Part shown: in pieces, positions 56,198 to 64,000 of the stretch
Layout: each line of letters opens with the position of its first letter
Position numbering within the stretch: the first letter of the stretch is position 1
Source: Bugula neritina
Lineage: Eukaryota > Animalia > Bryozoa
Length of the DNA stretch: 64,000 nucleotides
Direction: 5' to 3'
NCBI GenBank assembly: GCA_964035545.1
Contig: OZ037768.1
Coordinates: forward strand, 15,917,875 to 15,981,874
The notes under the pieces: model-generated
What the model was told of the DNA's origin: nothing
The model's database searches: none
Seen by the model: the letters and a program-made list of their open reading frames with translations, nothing else
Position numbers and translations under genes: made by a program

Positions 56198-59100
56198 TTA
56201 TTCATCTGCTTCATTGAAATTCATTTTCTTGTGAACCTTTTCCTTAATCTTCCCTAGCTTAGTGTACAGCTCCTTTCTCACTCTCTGCCTAACCCTATCC
56301 TTTGCTGCTTCTTCAGCCTTCTTCTTCTGTCTGTAATGATATGAGTGAGCAGTGAGTCAACCATCTACCGTAGTTAGTAGTCAACACACTCAGAATATTA
56401 AATACTTACCACTCAAAAACCTGATTTACTGTTGACTTTTGCCAAAAAAGTAAAAAAACTAAACCAGAAACTGAAGCACAATTCCTCAACTTCAGTGGCA
56501 ACCAGGTAAACACAAGTAACTGAAAAACTTTTCAAAATTTTCTGAGCTAAAACTTTTCAGGACAATTGTCGGAAGTGTCAATGCAGGAAATAACATCAAA
56601 TTAATGACACATGCCAAGTTTATCACATACATTGTTGAATCTAATGTCCCAACATTACTACACTTACAAAATCTCTAAAAATTATCAACAGTAACTCTGT
56701 TGTAGCAGAACCCTATGCCTAGTTCATCTTATAGATCCTCAGAAACAACCAAAATCAACAAGCTGAAGCAGTTTTAACAAAGAAGCTAATTATTTTGAAG
56801 AAATGACAATTTATTTCATATTTTGTTTAGTTTAAACTCCGTTTTCGTACCAGTCTAGCAAGCAGATCAATAATTTGAGAGAAACTGCTGTACCTGTAAT
56901 CTCTGTGCCGCTGTTGCCTATCTTCTCTAGACTTAATCTCTTTCACAGTATGTATTGTTCTCATCTGGTTGAGTAGCTGGTCTCTCTTTTTCTCGTGAGT
57001 GTCTCTAATCACTGCCACACGTTTACTGGTTATTGGATCTTCCCATTTACCTCTAACTTTAGGCTTATAGTCAAAAGGCAAATCTTTCTGCAACTTTCTA
57101 GGAACTGTGAATGGCTTCAAATGATGTTGCTTACGAACTGGTTCCTGTGAAGACAGCAAATATTTTACTTGAGTCAAAAATAAAGTAACAGCTTGTTTTA
57201 TTATTTGTAACATGCACATGTAGCATGATCGATGGTGGAACACATACAAGAAAGCATCGAATAACAAATCTGATAACATAATTTTTTATCCATCGAGTAT
57301 GTTGAGCTCCAGAATTCTATGCAATAACTTCTGTATAACAATTTGGTAACACAATCTCCACACAACAAGCATGAGATTTACAAACCTTTTGATATTGAGA
57401 GTCTTTGTTGAACAGAGCCTTAGAACTAGTTTCTTTTCTCAACATGCCAAGAGTTTTCATACCTTGCCACTCCGCTCTCTTGTCCGGGGGCATTATAAAG
57501 TTGGTAACTGGATTGAAGAACTTTGGCAATTCTACTTGGTACCATGTCTTGAGAAACACTATGTCTACAAGGCAGATTGTAAAACGTGTATGTTATCAAT
57601 GTGATTACAGCTACTACAGCCACTACGTACTACAGCTACTACATACTACAACCACCATCTACTACAGCTACTACATACTACAGCTACTACGTACTACAGT
57701 CACCACATACTACAGCTACTACATACTACAGCCACTACCGTACTACAGTTACTACATACTACAGCTACTATCTACTACAGCTACTAGGTACTACAGCCAC
57801 CATGTGCTAGAGCCACTACATACTACAACAACCATCTACTACAGCCACCACATACTGCAGCTACTATCTACTACAGTTACTACATACTACAGCTACTACG
57901 TACTACAGTCACCACCTACTACAGCCACTACATACTACAACCACCAGCTACTACATACTACAGCCACCACGTACTAGAGCCACCACATACTACAGCTACT
58001 ATCTACTACAACCACCAGTTACTACATACTACAACCACCAGCTACTACATACTACAGCTACTACATACTACAGCCACCACCTACTACAACTATGACATAC
58101 TACAGCCACCACGTACTAGAGCCACCATCTACTACAGATTCTACAGTACACTAACTGTGCAGCACGTACCACTCATAAGTATGGAGTCTTCAAATGTTGC
58201 TCTAAAAGCACCCTCAGGGGTTCTCAGTGCTTTCTTGACCTGCCCTCTGATTCCACTCACTGTTTTGATTTTAGCACCTTCAAACTTGGCTACCTCCAAC
58301 TGGCTGCTAAACATATCCTGTAAACACACACGTGATGTCAAACACGCATGGGCAATGTGCACTGGCTGTGTTTGTCTACAGATTAGCAATTGGTACAACA
58401 TATAACTACAAGGCACTAGGCAGGCAGTGTGTTTCCTTCTAGAAACAGTATTTTGCCTCCATAAAACTAATTATAGAAAAGGCTTAAAAAAAAATAAAAA
58501 AATTATCACATGTTAAAATTCCTCCAAAGTAGGTCAATTGAAACAACTCATCAACCTTTATAAAAGCAGTTTTCTTGTGAACTTTTTCTGGATATCCAAT
58601 AAGTTTCAGTTTTTTCATAATAGCCATAGACTTGTCTTGAGATAGTATCACTCCTGTAGCACAGACTCGAAATCCTTTCTGATCAGCAGAGTAACTTTGT
58701 AGACAGAGCAAGCCTGTGTTCTGCGGCGTTGATGGGCCTACATTGTCACTTACAGACATTAGCTAGGAGCCAAATAAGTTTCTAATAATTTGTTGCAAAC
58801 AAAAGTCATTTACAGTAACATAATTAGCCTACTACTCTAAGCAAGCACTGAATACCATAGACTCACCCCAGAAAATAGCATTGCAATGCATGTGTTCAGG
58901 AGTGTATTTGAGATGACGATTTCTACCATTATGATCTTGTATAGTATACAATGGCAAAGACTGAAACCTTCTCCAACCAAGGCTGAATATAACCGGGTCT
59001 CTGGTCTTCAGGATTTTCCCATACCATCTGTGTTTCTTAAATCTTGCCTGTGATACAAATTAATCAGACCATGCAAGAGCTTGCAACTCCAACATGTGAT

Positions 59101-62100
59101 AAACATGAGCTGAAGCTGGTCACCAGGGAAAAAACTAGATTAGGTTTTTTCAATAAAATATAAATCATATTCTGTGTGATCGTATGTTACCCTTATATCT
59201 TTAACTCACCTGCAAACAGCCAATCACAGTCTCTGAGCTGGTCATGCCACCAAGGATGAGGGCAGCAGAGGGGTCAAAGTATTCAACAAACTCACAAGGC
59301 ATGTCCTGTATCTCCACTCTGACGTAGAGGCCAGCTCTATAGCCTTCATACAGAACTCTTAGGTCATCAGCCATACCTTCAAACTCTGTCTTGTTCAACT
59401 AAAGGCATATACACTTCATACAACATCTTCAGTCTATACAAATACACAGTAACTCATGTCAACAGAGAGCTTACGATGTGAGCTTTACAGAATGCTTGAA
59501 GACAATTCTGCGTGAGTTAGAAAATTCTGTTTCTTAGGCATTTATAAGCTAAATGAAAATAACTAACTTATAAAGATGGCATTGGTGTATAGTTTGAGTA
59601 TTCAGACAAAACTAAGTGCGGATAGTGTGCATAACGATATATGATTACACCTAAACCCGAAAAAAATACAATCTTCCCATCAGTCAACTTACATTTGCTT
59701 GCTTGTCAAGATTTGCCTTTATGCTATCAAAGCGGCTGTCCGCACCATCTCCATCAGTAACTTTATCATACTCTGCATCAAACATCTCTTTTATTCTCTG
59801 CTTTTTAGCTAATCTTTTCTCTTCAATTTTTTTCCGCCTTTCTTCTTTACTTATTTTCTTACTTTTCTGCTGGTTGCCTGAAAAACGCTTTGCATTTTCT
59901 ATAAGTTGATACAAGAATATGCCTAAATTACAAATACACATAGACAGAGAAGAGTCAGTGTAGATGGTAATGAGATAGACAATGTGAACTTTTCGAATAA
60001 CTTAGAATGCCTCAACTCGGGTAGATGCCATGATCTAATCCAGCATATAAAGACATTATGTCTAACCTAACATCAGTATTAATATAGATTATGGTAGCTA
60101 AAACAATTCAACTAAAGAAAACTAAAATCTTTTTAAAACTATTTTAAACAGTCTTGACAAAGTCTAATCCAAATATTGTTAGTTTACTTGGCAGCTTTCA
60201 CAAATGTATAATATTTTATATTTAACTTCTAGAAATAATTTCAGTTGTTAAATAAATTATAAAGCAACATTAAAACATTGAAAAATTGAACAGTTATAAT
60301 ATTTAAACATACGTATCACCAAAAACAAATTCAACTGCAAAATGGCTGTTTTGGTAGAAATAAAAATGTTGCAAAGGAAAAAATACTACTTAAAGTAATA
60401 TAGCTTGAATTATATAAAACTAATGGTGTGAGCAAAAATCGTAGTATGTGAACTACTTTTGTGGCTAATATACAATGGAGGATGCTTTTGAAATAACTAT
60501 AACACACAGTTTGCAATTTTATATAGTCATGTATAAATAATGCAGTACATTGAGGTTTTTAAAAACTGTTTTCAACAGGTTTTGAAACACACTTAGTTTA
60601 TTATTCAAAGAGTTTTGTTCAAGCAGATTCTTGCGAAGACAAAAGTCCTGTCTATTTATCATATCTGACAGAATTAGACAAAATGCCAAAATACTTAAGC
60701 AGTGAAACTACAGCAAAAACCAAAACAACCTGATTAAGAACCATACAGGAAACAGCAGGAAGAGTGAGTAGAAAGAAAGAAAGAAAAGAGAAACAGCTAT
60801 CAAAGGAACTCAACTATCAGATAACTCAACCCAAAAAAAGGACCAGCTAACACACTATTTATACGGATTCTACACTTTCAAAACTGAAACTTGAAAAGCA
60901 GTTGAAGTTCTTTTGGCAAATCAAAGACTAGCTCTATAACATGTCAAAGACTAGCTCTATAACATGTCATAGACTAACTCTATAATATGTCAAAGACTAA
61001 CTCTATATGTCCAAGGTTTTTACTCCAAATCACTCTTAAGGAAGAAGCAAAATTACTGATGTGGTATGCAGCGAAAATGCGACCACCAGAAGTAAAATTA
61101 AACAACAAAACAGGTGCTACACCCACACTCGGGTGACAAAATATGCTACTAGTTTGATTGGAACATAATTTTTAAAGCTAATAAAACGGTATTATGTTAT
61201 GAATAGAACAGGCAATAGTGGATATCTAATCAGGTTCAATCTTCAATTGCATAACAATTGGTATACTTCAATCAACCTTCTAACACAAATACAAGAGTAA
61301 AAAAATTGTTAAGTAAAGTAAATAGAGGAGCAACAATTACCATCAACTGGAGTATCATTATCCTCATCATTCACATCCGAGTTATTTTCCTCCTCCTCCT
61401 GCTCCCCGCCGCTTTCTTGCTCCAGATCCTCAAAATCTCCATATAAATCATCTAGAATCACCATCACACAGCAAATAACAGCAATTGTAACAGCACTTAA
61501 GTAAATAACACACATCAACTACATTCTTACTAGTTTCAACTTTCCAAAATTAATTCAGCTTCACAATTACAGATAAGAACCAGTTTTGACAAAGTAAAAT
61601 TGCAGTGTTGATGTTAAGTCTTTTATTGTAAACTAATAGAAATGACATAACTGCAGCTTGTGCTGTGCAAAGACTTGCATGTAGCGCAGTAAATACTTTA
61701 TTTGATAATTTTGAATATTTTGTGAATCTAATCGCAAGAGAAGGCATATAAAACTAACCATCTTCATCTAACAGTTTCTGTGCATCTTTGGATGATTCCC
61801 ACTCTCCAGTGACAAAACAATCTTTAATTTTTAGTACCATCTAAAATATCAGCACATAAAATATGCGTATAAAATATACAACATATGGAATCATATTCTC
61901 TGAGGAAATAATAAGCATGGGATAATTAAATAACCTCCTCGTTGGACCAATCCCTGGCTGTGGTATCCAGAAGTCGAGTATAATCAACATTATCTATCCC
62001 ACTTCTTTGTGACTTTGAAATAACCTTGAACATGCCTCCGACATCGTCAATACTTTTAGACTCGGCTGACTCTTCACTCGCCTGCGTGTCTACAGGAAGT

Positions 62101-63843
62101 AAAAGTACAGGCTACGCGCTGCAGAGTTCTTATCAACAGCCAACGCTCAGCAGCATATACATCACAGAGGTGAAATAATCTCAGTGAAATTGTGAGCTGT
62201 TTACTCAAGATTTAATTTACGCAACTGTATGCAGGCATTTAGAGAATGGTAAAAAGGTATAGCTGTAAAATTACAACCTATAGGCTCAAAACTGTTCATT
62301 TTAACTTGCTTTATGCAGGACGACTACTTTGTTCATTATTCTTAGAAAGAATATCTTTGCCTACCAATCTCATATACCAGCTTTCTTAGATTGGGAGCTG
62401 ACTTTTGACGATCTAAAAATGCTTTGGAGGCTTTAGCTACCAAGTTCTCCTTCCACTTCAGTTGTCCTACAAAGTAACAGATAAGGAATATTTGTTTTTT
62501 ATATACGTGAAGGCCCCTTTAGTTGGCAAGCAGTGCATTATATGTTATACCTGTGTTATTGGTGGACAAAATATGTTTCCAGTCGTGAAAGCTTTATAAC
62601 CAAAATACAAAGTTAATAACAAATGCAATTAGCCATAGTGGCATAACTCCAAACTACTTCTGGTGTGGGGGTAATAAGACATGAACAGGATGAGTAGTAT
62701 TAGCTAGGTAAATCGTATCTAGAGGCACAGCTAGCACAATTTGGACAAGTGTTACTTTTCAGTAAGTATAGACTGACCTTCCTCTTCCTTATTATTAGCG
62801 TCATCATCCGAAACATCTTCAAATGACAAGTCTCCATTCTGTAAAATGTGTAACATTATTCTTGTCAAGAAGTTCAATTAAAGCTGACACCAACAACAAG
62901 GGCAATATCGCACCTCACCATAATACATGCACTGAACATACAACATTACAGAGAGATAGCAAAAACACGCAGGCTCCGTTTCTATCTATAAAGCAGCACA
63001 TATGCACCACGGTACTGATAGAAGAGCAACTGCATGCAAGAAAAAGAGCTCTTATTCTAATAACACTGAGATACAATATGATATACAGCATGCAGTTAAT
63101 GCAATTTAGAGTTTATAAAATGGCAGGTGAATGACCTCTTCAAGAACATCTTGTGTGTCGTCAAACGGTGAATGAGTATTATTTCCTTCAGAATCATCAT
63201 CACTGGATTCACTACCACTAGACATGGCTTCCTCTTCTATAGTAGGGGCTGTGTTGAAGACCGCCCGTCTTCTGGTTCGTCCAGTTGCCGTTGTCAAAGT
63301 TTCAAATGCCGGTGAGTTTACTTTACTTCTACAAGAAAAGAGCCAGCAGTGAATATTATGACCAAGTCACAGAATATTAACTGAGCAAACAAACTCATAC
63401 ACTTGAACAATCTATATAGATTATAGTGGATATTAAAACTCTATGCCATTACGCTCAATGTTCATAAACGAATTCTAATGCCATTATATAATAGTAAAAA
63501 TATGATCCAGATTAATTTTTTACATATAGAAAAACAAGTTAATGATATCTACTTGATAATTTAAAAATGAGAGATGGATATTACAATGAATTGCAAACTT
63601 ACTAAGCATCATAGCAGACTCTCAAAAATCATCTAGTTAAATTTATTGCAGAGCATAAAATAATACTAAAAAGAAAATTCAGATCTCATGCCATACTTAC
63701 GCTTCGTCAGCAAACTGTTGGGAAGTGATGGCTCTGCCATCAGAAAGCAAAGAAATACTGCTTTCAGTCATTCTCTGCTGCAGAGTCAGCTGAGACCCAA
63801 TAAGAGCTGCTTTTAACTCTTCACCTTTATCCTCATATTCCAC
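56198..63843 (-). CDS. BMS1: Ribosome biogenesis GTPase BMS1 (3' part; 5' exons lie beyond the window)
   Basis: Exons encode [102 protein letters not shown] and [11 protein letters not shown]. Last exon 56330-56198 (TAA). Confidence 0.96.
57605..58146. repeat. Degenerate minisatellite (TACTACAGC[C/T]AC[C/T]ACA-like, ~16-bp units) filling most of a BMS1 intron
   Basis: Directly visible; produces the Y/T-rich spurious ORFs 57405..57977 and 57586..57810. Confidence 0.92.
60921..61010. repeat. 23-bp tandem repeat (TCAAAGACTAGCTCTATAACATG), ~4 copies
   Basis: Directly visible in a BMS1 intron. Confidence 0.9.
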
Positions 63844-64000
63844 CTTCAAAATGAGTGGCAGCTACTAAAGTATGTGCTACTTCATCATCCAAAAGTACTC
63901 AACAGTTTGATTAATAATTTAATAAGTTCAACTGTGTTTTGTTTAATGAGATATTTTTACAAAATACACTTTTTTCAACTATATTTGATAAAAAAGATGT

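Noticed and set aside
57405-57977. 190-aa Tyr/Thr-rich ORF
   Set aside because: Translation of the intronic minisatellite, antisense to BMS1.

Overview
AT-rich, intron-containing animal genomic DNA, probably an invertebrate (the taxon is inferred and cannot be confirmed here). Host genes from left to right: (1) the 3' part of a Domeless/gp130-like type I cytokine receptor (+, 308-15448); (2) a 77-aa hydrophobic small membrane protein (+, 22023-22256); (3) MBTPS1/site-1 protease (-, 35862-26193); (4) HADH (+, 38895-55635), head-to-head with MBTPS1; (5) the 3' part of BMS1 (-, 63843-56198), tail-to-tail with HADH. HADH intron 1 holds a young, full-length 7.35-kb Ty3/Gypsy LTR retrotransposon (39372-46721, GACT TSD, tRNA-Leu PBS). 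HADH intron 4 holds a tRNA-head fragment, a GATC-rich element, a decayed RTE LINE and a 2.85-kb foldback element with ~0.89-kb inverted arms. Several MITEs lie in other introns. The most unusual signals are in the Gypsy element. A U_UUA_AAC slippery site with a pseudoknot-like stimulator shifts Gag into a separate ~120-aa middle frame, not into Pol. That middle region carries two GNRA hairpins with a compensatory base-pair change, each just after a Pol-frame AUG. Each LTR carries an array of 27-bp palindromes at 31-bp spacing, and all differences I could see between the two LTRs lie in or just before it.
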